DNA of 64,000 nt, taken from an uncultured delta proteobacterium (GTDB lineage: Bacteria; Myxococcota; Myxococcia; Myxococcales; Anaeromyxobacteraceae). Below the pieces are notes generated by a model, which did not search any database, was not told where the DNA came from, and saw only the letters and a program-made list of their open reading frames with translations. Positions within the stretch are counted from its first letter, which is position 1. Each line of letters starts with the position of its first letter. The position numbers and the translations under genes were made by a program. This document shows positions 41,196 through 57,529 of this stretch, in pieces. The stretch spans positions 1-64,000 of the forward strand of contig CAWHDZ010000019.1 of NCBI GenBank assembly GCA_963828255.1, written 5' to 3'.

Positions 41196-42758
41196 GTGCG
41201 CCGGCTCGGAAAATACCTCCTCATCGAGCCCATCGCCTCGGGCGGGATGGCCGAGGTGTGGCGCGCCGAGGTCGCCGGCCCGGCCGGATTCGTGAAGCAA
41301 GTGGCCGTGAAGCTCGTCCGCGCCGACCGCGGCGACGACGACGAGATGGTCCGGATGTTCACGCAGGAGGCCCGCCTGGCCGGCAGCCTGCACCACGCCA
41401 ACATCGTCCACGTCTTCGACCTCGACTTCATCGAGGGGCGCTACGCCATCGCCATGGAGCTGGTCCACTCGAAGAGCCTGCGCGAGGTGCTGGACCGCTG
41501 CCGCGAGCTCAACGTCCGGTTCGGGCTTCCACGGGCGGTGCACGTCGCCGAGCAGGTGGCCCGTGCGCTGGCCTACGCGCACCGGCCCGTCTCCGAGGGC
41601 GGGGTGGCGGGGCTGGTCCACCGCGACGTCAGCCCCCACAACATCCTCGTCTCCTTCGAGGGAGAGGTGAAGCTCACCGACTTCGGCATCGCGCGCGTGC
41701 CCGGGACCGGCAGCCTGACCGGCCCGGGCATGCTGAAGGGGAAGCTCGGCTACATGGCGCCGGAGCAGGCCAGCGACGCGCCCGCCGACGCGCGGGCCGA
41801 CATCTTCGCGCTCGGCGTCGTCCTCTGGGAGTCCTGCACCGGCCAGCGCCTCTTCGCGCGCGACAGCGAGGTGGCGACGCTGCGGGCGCTCACCGGACCC
41901 GACCGCATCGTCCCACCTTCCTTCTGGAACGAGAACGTGCCGCCGGCCCTCGACACCATCGTCCTCTCCGCGCTTGAGCGGGATCCCGCCCGCCGGACCG
42001 CCACCGCCGACGAGATCGCGGGGCGCCTCGCCGAGGTGGAGCTCACCCTCTCCCGGACGGTCGAGGATCGGGACCTCCGGCCGCTCATGCGCCGCCTCTG
42101 GCCGGGGGAGGTCCCGTCCCGTCCGACGCCCACCCCCTCGCCGCCGGGGCAGGTCAGGCCTGCGCCTTCCCCCGCCGAGGAGGTCACCGCCACCTGGCCG
42201 GCGCGGCGGCCGGGGCGCTCCGCCGTGCTCTTCACGCTGGGGCTGCTCGTCGCCATGGCGGTATTGACCGGCTGGTGGGTGGGCGCGCGGATCGGTTCCC
42301 CTGGCGCGACGCCGGCAGCCGCAGGGGCGGCCGCACCGGCGCCGGCTGCACCGGCGACGCCGGCAGCCGCCAAGGCGCCGACGCCCACGCCTTCCCCGGA
42401 AGGGGAGGGGAGTGCCGCGCCTGTGACGGTGACCGCCCCGCCCCCCACGCGCCCTCCCGCCCGGGCCCCCGCCCGCCAGGCGGCGCCGCGCCCCGGCGTC
42501 CTCGCCTCCGCCGACGCGCTGGAGGGGCTGGAACTGCCGCCGGCGTCGAGCGGCGAGGGGATCCTCTTCGTGAACGCCCAGCCCTGGGCCGAGATCCAGG
42601 TCGACGGTCGCGTCGAGGGCTACACGCCGCGCGAGCTGAGGCTCGCAGCGGGCCGCCATCGCCTCAAGCTGGTCCATCCCACGCGCGGAACGGTGGAGCG
42701 GGACGCCGAGGTCCGCGCCGGAGAGCGGCTGCGCGTCGAGATCCCGCTCGGCCCGTAG
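41196..42758 (+). CDS. Hanks-type Ser/Thr protein kinase with TM helix and C-terminal PEGA-like domain (copy 1)
   Basis: [44 protein letters not shown]...TP. GTG start at 41196. Confidence 0.9.
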   Translation: MRRLGKYLLIEPIASGGMAEVWRAEVAGPAGFVKQVAVKLVRADRGDDDEMVRMFTQEARLAGSLHHANIVHVFDLDFIEGRYAIAMELVHSKSLREVLDRCRELNVRFGLPRAVHVAEQVARALAYAHRPVSEGGVAGLVHRDVSPHNILVSFEGEVKLTDFGIARVPGTGSLTGPGMLKGKLGYMAPEQASDAPADARADIFALGVVLWESCTGQRLFARDSEVATLRALTGPDRIVPPSFWNENVPPALDTIVLSALERDPARRTATADEIAGRLAEVELTLSRTVEDRDLRPLMRRLWPGEVPSRPTPTPSPPGQVRPAPSPAEEVTATWPARRPGRSAVLFTLGLLVAMAVLTGWWVGARIGSPGATPAAAGAAAPAPAAPATPAAAKAPTPTPSPEGEGSAAPVTVTAPPPTRPPARAPARQAAPRPGVLASADALEGLELPPASSGEGILFVNAQPWAEIQVDGRVEGYTPRELRLAAGRHRLKLVHPTRGTVERDAEVRAGERLRVEIPLGP

Positions 42759-42772
42759 CCCGGCCTCTCCGT

Positions 42773-43972
42773 TCAGGCGCCGGTCCGGACGAACTCGACG
42801 CGCCGGTTGTTGGCCCGCCCCTCGGAGGTGTCGTTCGTGTCGATGGGCTTCGACTGGCCGAGCCCCTTCGAGGACAGGCGCGGGCCGTCGATCCCCTGCT
42901 TCACGAGCCACGCCTTCACCGCCTCGGCACGCCGCTCGGAGAGCGGGCCGTTCACCTTGGGCCCACCCTGATCGTCGGTGTGCCCCTCGATGGCGAACTT
43001 GAGGGCCGGGTCCTCTTTCAGGAGCGCCAGGATCGAGCGGAGCGTGGGTCCGGACTCGGGCTTGATGACGTCGGAGCCGGTGTCGAAGAGGATTCCGTGG
43101 GTGACGATTCGACCCTCGCCGGCGAGCATCTGCTTCGCCGGCTTGCCTCCCTCGGCCAGCCGGAATGCCGTGAACATCTGGTGGTTGCCGCTCTCCCGGT
43201 AAGGCTGGTCGAAGCTGATCCCGATCTTCTTGACGGGGCGATCGACGCCGTCCGGATCGGAGAGCACGCGCTCTCCGCCGACGTAGAGCTTCACCTGGGT
43301 CCCGCTCACCGCAATGGCCACGTGCTGGATCCCGGTCTTCACGGGAAGTCGCCCGGTGGCGTTCGCGGACCGCACGTGGCCCTCCTCGCGGGCCCGCCAC
43401 TCGATCGACTGCCCGCCGAATCCCCGGCGGGCGCTGAAGAGCACCCCGAAGTCACCGGCGATGTCGGTGTCGAACTCGATCGTGAAGTCCTTCGGCATGT
43501 CGCCCTTGATCTGGTAGCGGAGCCAGTGCGTGGAGTTCGGCTGGTGCTCCTCCATGTAGCGCGACTTCACGAAGCGCCGGTCGCCGACCTGCACCACCTC
43601 CACCTGGTTCCCACCCCCGTCCTTGACGGTCCACTTGGCCGGGTACTCGCCCACGTCGGTGTCGGAGAAGTCGTCGAACACGAGCACCTTGTCGCCCGGG
43701 ATGAAGTCGTAGCGGTTCCCGTAGGCCTCCGGCGCGGCCGCCGCGTTCCCGTTCGCCGGCTGGGGAGCCGCGGCCTGGGGCGCCTTCGTCGGCTGCTCGG
43801 GCGGCGGAGTCGTGGGCCCGGCCGGCTTCGGCTTCGCCGCATCGCGGGCGGCCTTCTCGGCCACGTCGCCGGCCGTTCGCTGGGCCCGGTTGAGAAGGTC
43901 GCCGAACTGCGCTCGCGCGGGCCCGGCGACGACGAGCAGCGCTGCGGAAACCAAGACGATCCGTGTGTTCAT
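42773..43972 (-). CDS. OmpA-family protein (copy 1)
   Basis: Signal peptide; ILFDTGS, IEGHTD, LSERRAEAVK, NRRVEF. Confidence 0.88.
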   Translation of the reverse strand: MNTRIVLVSAALLVVAGPARAQFGDLLNRAQRTAGDVAEKAARDAAKPKPAGPTTPPPEQPTKAPQAAAPQPANGNAAAAPEAYGNRYDFIPGDKVLVFDDFSDTDVGEYPAKWTVKDGGGNQVEVVQVGDRRFVKSRYMEEHQPNSTHWLRYQIKGDMPKDFTIEFDTDIAGDFGVLFSARRGFGGQSIEWRAREEGHVRSANATGRLPVKTGIQHVAIAVSGTQVKLYVGGERVLSDPDGVDRPVKKIGISFDQPYRESGNHQMFTAFRLAEGGKPAKQMLAGEGRIVTHGILFDTGSDVIKPESGPTLRSILALLKEDPALKFAIEGHTDDQGGPKVNGPLSERRAEAVKAWLVKQGIDGPRLSSKGLGQSKPIDTNDTSEGRANNRRVEFVRTGA

Positions 43973-44144
43973 GTGCTCCCCCGATGGCGACGGGCCGCTC
44001 CCGGCGGACCCGGACCGATTCTAGGGCTCCGGCCGGGCCTGGGAACCGGCCAGCCAGGGGCGACCCAAGAAGGGGCACGCCCGGCCGGGCCCCTCGCCCT
44101 CCGCCTCGACTCGAAGACGTCACGTGTCCCGCGTTCAGGGGGCG

Positions 44145-44173
44145 TTGACTGACTCCACTGAATGGAATAGCGT
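44145..44173 (+). promoter_or_regulatory. Sigma-70-like promoter for the MerR-like gene (copy at 52882-52910)
   Basis: TTGACT-N17-TAGCGT in an AT-richer stretch; the spacer contains a TCCA-N5-TGGA dyad. Confidence 0.55.
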
Positions 44174-44203
44174 TTCGCCAGGATTTGCAGAACACGATTC
44201 TCA

Positions 44204-44710
44204 ATGGACTTCCTGGTTCCACAGAGCGAGATCGGCCGGCTCGAGAGAGAGCGGGCCGGAGGCATCACCAGCCGTGAAGTGGTGCGGATCTTCGAGTCGC
44301 GGGGAGCGCGCCTGTCGGAGTCCACCTTCCGCAAGTACGTCCAGGTCGGGCTCCTGCCCCGCAGCCGCCGGGTGGGGCGCAAGGGCAAGCACACCGGGTC
44401 CACCGGGCTCTACCCGGTGGACGTGGTCCGCCGCATCAACCTCATCAAGCGGATGATGGCGGAGGGCATGACCCTCGAGGAGATCCGGGGGAGCTTCGTG
44501 GGGCTGAAGAACCAGCTCTGGGACGTCGAGCACGGCTTCTCCGCGCTCCTCTCCGAGCTGGCGCGCAAGGCGCGGGAGCACCCGCGCCGCCGCGAGATGG
44601 AAGGGGAGCTTGGCCGGGCGCAGCGCGAGGTGAGCCAGGCGCTGCGGCGCATCGAGAAGGTGGGCGGACGGGTCGCCACGGTGAGGCAGCAGCTGGTGCA
44701 GGTGGGATGA
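44204..44710 (+). CDS. MerR-like HTH regulator (copy 1)
   Basis: [17 protein letters not shown]...GLYP...[15 protein letters not shown] winged-HTH pattern followed by a coiled coil. Confidence 0.72.
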   Translation: MDFLVPQSEIGRLERERAGGITSREVVRIFESRGARLSESTFRKYVQVGLLPRSRRVGRKGKHTGSTGLYPVDVVRRINLIKRMMAEGMTLEEIRGSFVGLKNQLWDVEHGFSALLSELARKAREHPRRREMEGELGRAQREVSQALRRIEKVGGRVATVRQQLVQVG

Positions 44711-45333
44711 GCAATGGCCGGCGCGCCCCCGAGGGGACGGCGCCGGCGAGGGTGGGGAAGGGAGGCGGCGTGATGAACGAGGCGAGGCGGAGCGAGAACC
44801 CGGATCCGGTGGACGAGGTGTCGGTCGAGCCCGTGGGACCGGTTGCACAGGGCCACGACGAGCCGGCCGGCGAGGAGGGGCTGGAGCAGCGAGGGCGCAG
44901 GCGCTCCCGCACCATGTCCCGCAAGGAGATCGCCCGCGAGCTGCGCAAGCAGCGGGCGCTCGGCGTCATCGACCCGGAGGTCGAGGAGATCATCCGGGAG
45001 GTGGACGCCCATCGGCCGCGCTCCCGCGCCGACTGCGCGACCGGTGAACGTCCCTGCATGTTCATCTCCTGCAAGCACCACCTGTACCTGGACGTGAACC
45101 CGTCCACGGGCTCCATCAAGCTCAACTTCCCGGACAAGGAGATCTGGGAGATGGGCGAGACCTGCGCGCTCGACGTCGCGGACCGCGGCGGCATCACGCT
45201 CGAGGAGGTGGGGACCATCATGAACCTCACCCGCGAGCGGATCCGGCAGGTCGAGACCCGGGGGCTCCTCAAGCTCCGGGCCATGGCCGAGGACGAGCCC
45301 CGCTCCCGCCTCGGCAACGACTTCGACAAGTAG
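44707..45333 (+). CDS. Sigma-70 region 4-like HTH protein with Cys/His cluster (copy 1)
   Basis: [20 protein letters not shown] region 4.2 motif; [16 protein letters not shown]...TC. Alternative start at 44773. Confidence 0.75.
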   Translation: MSNGRRAPEGTAPARVGKGGGVMNEARRSENPDPVDEVSVEPVGPVAQGHDEPAGEEGLEQRGRRRSRTMSRKEIARELRKQRALGVIDPEVEEIIREVDAHRPRSRADCATGERPCMFISCKHHLYLDVNPSTGSIKLNFPDKEIWEMGETCALDVADRGGITLEEVGTIMNLTRERIRQVETRGLLKLRAMAEDEPRSRLGNDFDK

Positions 45334-45408
45334 CCCAGGGCGCCCCGGCGCGCTTGAAGTCGCCGCCCACGAAGGCTAGAAGGGACGCCCCCATCCCGGA
45401 GGTGTCCC

Positions 45409-46986
<1,578 letters not shown>

Positions 46987-47003
46987 TGGTATACCGCCCT
47001 CGA

Positions 47004-48277
<1,274 letters not shown>

Positions 48278-48281
<4 letters not shown>

Positions 48282-48793
48282 GTCCGAAGGTCCTCATCCT
48301 CATGGGTTCCGACTCCGACTGGGAGGTCATGGCGGAGTCGCGCAAGGCGCTCGAGGAGATGGGCGTCGAGACCGAGGTGCACGTCTCCTCGGCCCACCGC
48401 ACCCCGTCGCGCACCGGGGCGCTGGCCCGCGAGGCCGCCGGGCGCGGGATCCAGGTCGTCATCTGCGGAGCCGGGGCCGCCGCCCACCTGGCCGGCGTGG
48501 TCGCGGCCGAGACCGAGCTCCCGGTCCTGGGGGTGCCGCTGGCCTCCAGCGACCTGGCCGGCCTCGACGCGCTGCTCGCCACGGCGCAGATGCCGGGCGG
48601 CGTGCCGGTGGGCACGCTGGCCGTCGGCAAGGCGGGCGCGCGCAACGCCGGGCTGCTGGCGGCGCGCATCCTCGCCCTCGCCGACCCGGCGCTGGCCGGG
48701 CGGGTGCGGGAGCAGCGGGCCCGCATGGCCCGCGAGGTCGAGGCGAAGGACGCGGCGCTTCAGGCGAGGCTCCAGGCCGACAAGAAGGCGTGA
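48278..48793 (+). CDS. purE: N5-CAIR mutase (copy 1)
   Basis: [32 protein letters not shown]. Confidence 0.95.
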
Positions 48794-49896
48794 CGCGGCT
48801 CGACCGCTACCTCGCCCGCGAGATCCTGCTGCCCTTCGCAGCGGCGCTCCTCTTCCTGACCCAGCTCCTCCTGGCCTCGCAGCTCCTGGCCCAGGCCGAC
48901 GTCCTCTTCGGCGGCGGCGTCTCCTTCTGGGACGTGCTGCGCATCCTCCTCGACCTGGTGCCCCACCTGCTCGAGTACGTGCTGCCGGTGGCCTTCCTGC
49001 TCGGCGCGGTGCTCGGGGTGGGGCGGCTCGCCGAGGACCGGGAGGTGGTGGCGCTCTCCTCGGTGGGCATCTCGCCGGTCCGGCTCACCCGGGTGCCGCT
49101 CCTCCTCGGGGGCGCGGTGTCCCTGCTCGCGCTCGTGATGGCGCTCGTGGTCGCGCCGGCCGGCCTGCGCGACGCGCGGGGCCGCGTCGACGATCTGATC
49201 CGGAAGAACCTCCAGGGCGAGATCCGCCCCGGCGTCTTCTACGAGGAGATTCCCGGCATCACCCTGTACGCCGCCCGGATGGAGGAGGGGCGCTTCCTCG
49301 AGGTTCTCATCGCCGATCGGACCAACCCGTCCTCTCCCCTGGTCACCTTCGCGCGCTCCGGCAGGTTCGTCCCCGGTCGCGATGGCGGCCTGCGCCTCGT
49401 CCTCGAGGACGGCGAGATCCACCGGGAGGAGCCAGGGGTCCGCGACTACGTGGTGGCCCGCTTCGCACGGGCCGCGGCCGACCTCGGCGTCGGAGCGGCC
49501 CTGGACGCGCGGAACCAGGTCGTCGTCTCCTCGTTCGCTTTCGAGATGCGGCCCGGGGAGATCCTGCGGAAGGCGGAGGGGGGAGGAGAGAGGCAGCGCC
49601 TCTACTGGCTGACCTTCTTCTGGCGGCGCATCGCCGTGCCGGTCGGGATCCTGGCGCTCGGCCTGCTCGCCGTGCCCATCGCATCCGTGCGCCGCGGGGG
49701 CCGGGCCTCCGGCTACGCGGTCTCGCTCCTCGCCGTCGTCGGATACTACGCGCTCCTGCGGCTCGGCGAGGGACTGGGGCACGACGGCGTGCTGCCGCCT
49801 TGGCTCGCGGCCAACCTGGCCAACCTCGCGGCGGTCGCCCTCGCCGTGGCGCTGCTCGCGGTCCTGGCCCGCCGGGGCACCGGGGTGGTGCGGTGA
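48790..49896 (+). CDS. lptF: LPS export permease LptF (copy 1)
   Basis: GTG 48790; [30 protein letters not shown]; YjgP/YjgQ architecture. Confidence 0.82.
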   Translation: MTRLDRYLAREILLPFAAALLFLTQLLLASQLLAQADVLFGGGVSFWDVLRILLDLVPHLLEYVLPVAFLLGAVLGVGRLAEDREVVALSSVGISPVRLTRVPLLLGGAVSLLALVMALVVAPAGLRDARGRVDDLIRKNLQGEIRPGVFYEEIPGITLYAARMEEGRFLEVLIADRTNPSSPLVTFARSGRFVPGRDGGLRLVLEDGEIHREEPGVRDYVVARFARAAADLGVGAALDARNQVVVSSFAFEMRPGEILRKAEGGGERQRLYWLTFFWRRIAVPVGILALGLLAVPIASVRRGGRASGYAVSLLAVVGYYALLRLGEGLGHDGVLPPWLAANLANLAAVALAVALLAVLARRGTGVVR

Positions 49897-51497
49897 CCCT
49901 CTTCCTCCACCTGGCGCGCCGGGCGCTCCTCGCCTTCCTGCGGCTCGGAAAATACCTCCTCATCGAGCCCATCGCCTCGGGCGGGATGGCCGAGGTGTGG
50001 CGCGCCGAGGTCGCCGGCCCGGCCGGATTCGTGAAGCAGGTGGCCGTGAAGCTCGTCCGCGCCGACCGCGGCGACGACGACGAGATGGTCCGGATGTTCA
50101 CGCAGGAGGCCCGCCTGGCCGGCAGCCTGCACCACGCCAACATCGTCCACGTCTTCGACCTCGACTTCATCGAGGGGCGCTACGCCATCGCCATGGAGCT
50201 GGTCCACTCGAAGAGCCTGCGCGAGGTGCTGGACCGCTGCCGCGAGCTCAACGTCCGGTTCGGGCTTCCACGGGCGGTGCACGTCGCCGAGCAGGTGGCC
50301 CGTGCGCTGGCCTACGCGCACCGGCCCGTCTCCGAGGGCGGGGTGGCGGGGCTGGTCCACCGCGACGTCAGCCCCCACAACATCCTCGTCTCCTTCGAGG
50401 GAGAGGTGAAGCTCACCGACTTCGGCATCGCGCGCGTGCCCGGGACCGGCAGCCTGACCGGCCCGGGCATGCTGAAGGGGAAGCTCGGCTACATGGCGCC
50501 GGAGCAGGCCAGCGACGCGCCCGCCGACGCGCGGGCCGACATCTTCGCGCTCGGCGTCGTCCTCTGGGAGTCCTGCACCGGCCAGCGCCTCTTCGCGCGC
50601 GACAGCGAGGTGGCGACGCTGCGGGCGCTCACCGGACCCGACCGCATCGTCCCACCTTCCTTCTGGAACGAGAACGTGCCGCCGGCCCTCGACACCATCG
50701 TCCTCTCCGCGCTTGAGCGGGATCCCGCCCGCCGGACCGCCACCGCCGACGAGATCGCGGGGCGCCTCGCCGAGGTGGAGCTCACCCTCTCCCGGACGGT
50801 CGAGGATCGGGACCTCCGGCCGCTCATGCGCCGCCTCTGGCCGGGGGAGGTCCCGTCCCGTCCGACGCCCACCCCCTCGCCGCCGGGGCAGGTCAGGCCT
50901 GCGCCTTCCCCCGCCGAGGAGGTCACCGCCACCTGGCCGGCGCGGCGGCCGGGGCGCTCCGCCGTGCTCTTCACGCTGGGGCTGCTCGTCGCCATGGCGG
51001 TATTGACCGGCTGGTGGGTGGGCGCGCGGATCGGTTCCCCTGGCGCGACGCCGGCAGCCGCAGGGGCGGCCGCACCGGCGCCGGCTGCACCGGCGACGCC
51101 GGCAGCCGCCAAGGCGCCGACGCCCACGCCTTCCCCGGAAGGGGAGGGGAGTGCCGCGCCTGTGACGGTGACCGCCCCGCCCCCCACGCGCCCTCCCGCC
51201 CGGGCCCCCGCCCGCCAGGCGGCGCCGCGCCCCGGCGTCCTCGCCTCCGCCGACGCGCTGGAGGGGCTGGAACTGCCGCCGGCGTCGAGCGGCGAGGGGA
51301 TCCTCTTCGTGAACGCCCAGCCCTGGGCCGAGATCCAGGTCGACGGTCGCGTCGAGGGCTACACGCCGCGCGAGCTGAGGCTCGCAGCGGGCCGCCATCG
51401 CCTCAAGCTGGTCCATCCCACCCGCGGAACGGTGGAGCGGGACGCCGAGGTCCGCGCCGGGGAGCGGCTGCGCGTCGAGATCCCGCTCGGCCCGTAG
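49893..51497 (+). CDS. Chimeric ORF: first 16 codons of lptG fused in frame to Ser/Thr kinase copy 2
   Basis: [26 protein letters not shown]...; junction at 49940/49941. Confidence 0.85.
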   Translation: MTLFLHLARRALLAFLRLGKYLLIEPIASGGMAEVWRAEVAGPAGFVKQVAVKLVRADRGDDDEMVRMFTQEARLAGSLHHANIVHVFDLDFIEGRYAIAMELVHSKSLREVLDRCRELNVRFGLPRAVHVAEQVARALAYAHRPVSEGGVAGLVHRDVSPHNILVSFEGEVKLTDFGIARVPGTGSLTGPGMLKGKLGYMAPEQASDAPADARADIFALGVVLWESCTGQRLFARDSEVATLRALTGPDRIVPPSFWNENVPPALDTIVLSALERDPARRTATADEIAGRLAEVELTLSRTVEDRDLRPLMRRLWPGEVPSRPTPTPSPPGQVRPAPSPAEEVTATWPARRPGRSAVLFTLGLLVAMAVLTGWWVGARIGSPGATPAAAGAAAPAPAAPATPAAAKAPTPTPSPEGEGSAAPVTVTAPPPTRPPARAPARQAAPRPGVLASADALEGLELPPASSGEGILFVNAQPWAEIQVDGRVEGYTPRELRLAAGRHRLKLVHPTRGTVERDAEVRAGERLRVEIPLGP

Positions 51498-51509
51498 CCC
51501 GCGCCTCGT

Positions 51510-52709
51510 TCAGCCGCCGGTCCGGACGAACTCGACGCGCCGGTTGTTGGCCCGCCCCTCGGAGGTGTCGTTCGTGTCGATGGGCTTCGACTGGCCGAGC
51601 CCCTTCGAGGACAGGCGCGGGCCGTCGATCCCCTGCTTCACGAGCCACGCCTTCACCGCCTCGGCACGCCGCTCGGAGAGCGGGCCGTTCACCTTGGGCC
51701 CACCCTGATCGTCGGTGTGCCCCTCGATGGCGAACTTGAGGGCCGGGTCCTCTTTCAGGAGCGCCAGGATCGAGCGGAGCGTGGGTCCGGACTCGGGCTT
51801 GATGACGTCGGAGCCGGTGTCGAAGAGGATTCCGTGGGTGACGATTCGACCCTCGCCGGCGAGCATCTGCTTCGCCGGCTTGCCTCCCTCGGCCAGCCGG
51901 AATGCCGTGAACATCTGGTGGTTGCCGCTCTCCCGGTAAGGCTGGTCGAAGCTGATCCCGATCTTCTTGACGGGGCGATCGACGCCGTCCGGATCGGAGA
52001 GCACGCGCTCTCCGCCGACGTAGAGCTTCACCTGGGTCCCGCTCACCGCGATGGCCACGTGCTGGATCCCGGTCTTCACGGGAAGTCGCCCGGTGGCGTT
52101 CGCGGACCGCACGTGGCCCTCCTCGCGGGCCCGCCACTCGATCGACTGCCCGCCGAATCCCCGGCGGGCGCTGAAGAGCACCCCGAAGTCACCGGCGATG
52201 TCGGTGTCGAACTCGATCGTGAAGTCCTTCGGCATGTCGCCCTTGATCTGGTAGCGGAGCCAGTGCGTGGAGTTCGGCTGGTGCTCCTCCATGTAGCGCG
52301 ACTTCACGAAGCGCCGGTCGCCGACCTGCACCACCTCCACCTGGTTCCCACCCCCGTCCTTGACGGTCCACTTGGCCGGGTACTCGCCCACGTCGGTGTC
52401 GGAGAAGTCGTCGAACACGAGCACCTTGTCGCCCGGGATGAAGTCGTAGCGGTTCCCGTAGGCCTCCGGCGCGGCCGCCGCGTTCCCGTTCGCCGGCTGG
52501 GGAGCCGCGGCCTGGGGCGCCTTCGTCGGCTGCTCGGGCGGCGGAGTCGTGGGCCCGGCCGGCTTCGGCTTCGCCGCATCGCGGGCGGCCTTCTCGGCCA
52601 CGTCGCCGGCCGTTCGCTGGGCCCGGTTGAGAAGGTCGCCGAACTGCGCTCGCGCGGGCCCGGCGACGACGAGCAGCGCTGCGGAAACCAAGACGATCCG
52701 TGTGTTCAT
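51510..52709 (-). CDS. OmpA-family protein (copy 2; last residue Gly instead of Ala)
   Basis: Duplicate of 42773-43972. Confidence 0.88.
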   Translation of the reverse strand: MNTRIVLVSAALLVVAGPARAQFGDLLNRAQRTAGDVAEKAARDAAKPKPAGPTTPPPEQPTKAPQAAAPQPANGNAAAAPEAYGNRYDFIPGDKVLVFDDFSDTDVGEYPAKWTVKDGGGNQVEVVQVGDRRFVKSRYMEEHQPNSTHWLRYQIKGDMPKDFTIEFDTDIAGDFGVLFSARRGFGGQSIEWRAREEGHVRSANATGRLPVKTGIQHVAIAVSGTQVKLYVGGERVLSDPDGVDRPVKKIGISFDQPYRESGNHQMFTAFRLAEGGKPAKQMLAGEGRIVTHGILFDTGSDVIKPESGPTLRSILALLKEDPALKFAIEGHTDDQGGPKVNGPLSERRAEAVKAWLVKQGIDGPRLSSKGLGQSKPIDTNDTSEGRANNRRVEFVRTGG

Positions 52710-52940
52710 GTGCCCCTCCGATGGCGACGGGCCGCTCCCGGCGGACCCGGACCGATTCTAGGGCTCCGGCCGGGCCTGGGAACCGGCCAGCCAGGGGCGA
52801 CCCAAGAAGGGGCACGCCCGGCCGGGCCCCTCGCCCTCCGCCTCGACTCGAAGACGTCACGTGTCCCGCGTTCAGGGGGCGTTGACTGACTCCACTGAAT
52901 GGAATAGCGTTTCGCCAGGATTTGCAGAACACGATTCTCA

Positions 52941-53447
52941 ATGGACTTCCTGGTTCCACAGAGCGAGATCGGCCGGCTCGAGAGAGAGCGGGCCGGAGGC
53001 ATCACCAGCCGTGAAGTGGTGCGGATCTTCGAGTCGCGGGGAGCGCGCCTGTCGGAGTCCACCTTCCGCAAGTACGTCCAGGTCGGGCTCCTGCCCCGCA
53101 GCCGCCGGGTGGGGCGCAAGGGCAAGCACACCGGGTCCACCGGGCTCTACCCGGTGGACGTGGTCCGCCGCATCAACCTCATCAAGCGGATGATGGCGGA
53201 GGGCATGACCCTCGAGGAGATCCGGGGGAGCTTCGTGGGGCTGAAGAACCAGCTCTGGGACGTCGAGCACGGCTTCTCCGCGCTCCTCTCCGAGCTGGCG
53301 CGCAAGGCGCGGGAGCACCCGCGCCGCCGCGAGATGGAAGGGGAGCTTGGCCGGGCGCAGCGCGAGGTGAGCCAGGCGCTGCGGCGCATCGAGAAGGTGG
53401 GCGGACGGGTCGCCACGGTGAGGCAGCAGCTGGTGCAGGTGGGATGA
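52941..53447 (+). CDS. MerR-like HTH regulator (copy 2)
   Basis: Same translation as 44204-44710. Confidence 0.72.
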   Translation: MDFLVPQSEIGRLERERAGGITSREVVRIFESRGARLSESTFRKYVQVGLLPRSRRVGRKGKHTGSTGLYPVDVVRRINLIKRMMAEGMTLEEIRGSFVGLKNQLWDVEHGFSALLSELARKAREHPRRREMEGELGRAQREVSQALRRIEKVGGRVATVRQQLVQVG

Positions 53448-54070
53448 GCAATGGCCGGCGCGCCCCCGAGGGGACGGCGCCGGCGAGGGTGGGGAAGGGA
53501 GGCGGCGTGATGAACGAGGCGAGGCGGAGCGAGAACCCGGATCCGGTGGACGAGGTGTCGGTCGAGCCCGTGGGACCGGTTGCACAGGGCCACGACGAGC
53601 CGGCCGGCGAGGAGGGGCTGGAGCAGCGAGGGCGCAGGCGCTCCCGCACCATGTCCCGCAAGGAGATCGCCCGCGAGCTGCGCAAGCAGCGGGCGCTCGG
53701 CGTCATCGACCCGGAGGTCGAGGAGATCATCCGGGAGGTGGACGCCCATCGGCCGCGCTCCCGCGCCGACTGCGCGACCGGTGAACGTCCCTGCATGTTC
53801 ATCTCCTGCAAGCACCACCTGTACCTGGACGTGAACCCGTCCACGGGCTCCATCAAGCTCAACTTCCCGGACAAGGAGATCTGGGAGATGGGCGAGACCT
53901 GCGCGCTCGACGTCGCGGACCGCGGCGGCATCACGCTCGAGGAGGTGGGGACCATCATGAACCTCACCCGCGAGCGGATCCGGCAGGTCGAGACCCGGGG
54001 GCTCCTCAAGCTCCGGGCCATGGCCGAGGACGAGCCCCGCTCCCGCCTCGGCAACGACTTCGACAAGTAG
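53444..54070 (+). CDS. Sigma-70 region 4-like HTH protein (copy 2)
   Basis: Same translation as 44707-45333. Confidence 0.75.
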   Translation: MSNGRRAPEGTAPARVGKGGGVMNEARRSENPDPVDEVSVEPVGPVAQGHDEPAGEEGLEQRGRRRSRTMSRKEIARELRKQRALGVIDPEVEEIIREVDAHRPRSRADCATGERPCMFISCKHHLYLDVNPSTGSIKLNFPDKEIWEMGETCALDVADRGGITLEEVGTIMNLTRERIRQVETRGLLKLRAMAEDEPRSRLGNDFDK

Positions 54071-54145
54071 CCCAGGGCGCCCCGGCGCGCTTGAAGTCGC
54101 CGCCCACGAAGGCTAGAAGGGACGCCCCCATCCCGGAGGTGTCCC

Positions 54146-55723
<1,578 letters not shown>

Positions 55724-55740
55724 TGGTATACCGCCCTCGA

Positions 55741-57013
<1,273 letters not shown>

Positions 57014-57017
<4 letters not shown>

Positions 57018-57529
57018 GTCCGAAGGTCCTCATCCTCATGGGTTCCGACTCCGACTGGGAGGTCATGGCGGAGTCGCGCAAGGCGCTCGAGGAGATGGGC
57101 GTCGAGACCGAGGTGCACGTCTCCTCGGCCCACCGCACCCCGTCGCGCACCGGGGCGCTGGCCCGCGAGGCCGCCGGGCGCGGGATCCAGGTCGTCATCT
57201 GCGGAGCCGGGGCCGCCGCCCACCTGGCCGGCGTGGTCGCGGCCGAGACCGAGCTCCCGGTCCTGGGGGTGCCGCTGGCCTCCAGCGACCTGGCCGGCCT
57301 CGACGCGCTGCTCGCCACGGCGCAGATGCCGGGCGGCGTGCCGGTGGGCACGCTGGCCGTCGGCAAGGCGGGCGCGCGCAACGCCGGGCTGCTGGCGGCG
57401 CGCATCCTCGCCCTCGCCGACCCGGCGCTGGCCGGGCGGGTGCGGGAGCAGCGGGCCCGCATGGCCCGCGAGGTCGAGGCGAAGGACGCGGCGCTTCAGG
57501 CGAGGCTCCAGGCCGACAAGAAGGCGTGA
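57014..57529 (+). CDS. purE: PurE (copy 2)
   Basis: Same translation as 48278-48793. Confidence 0.95.
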
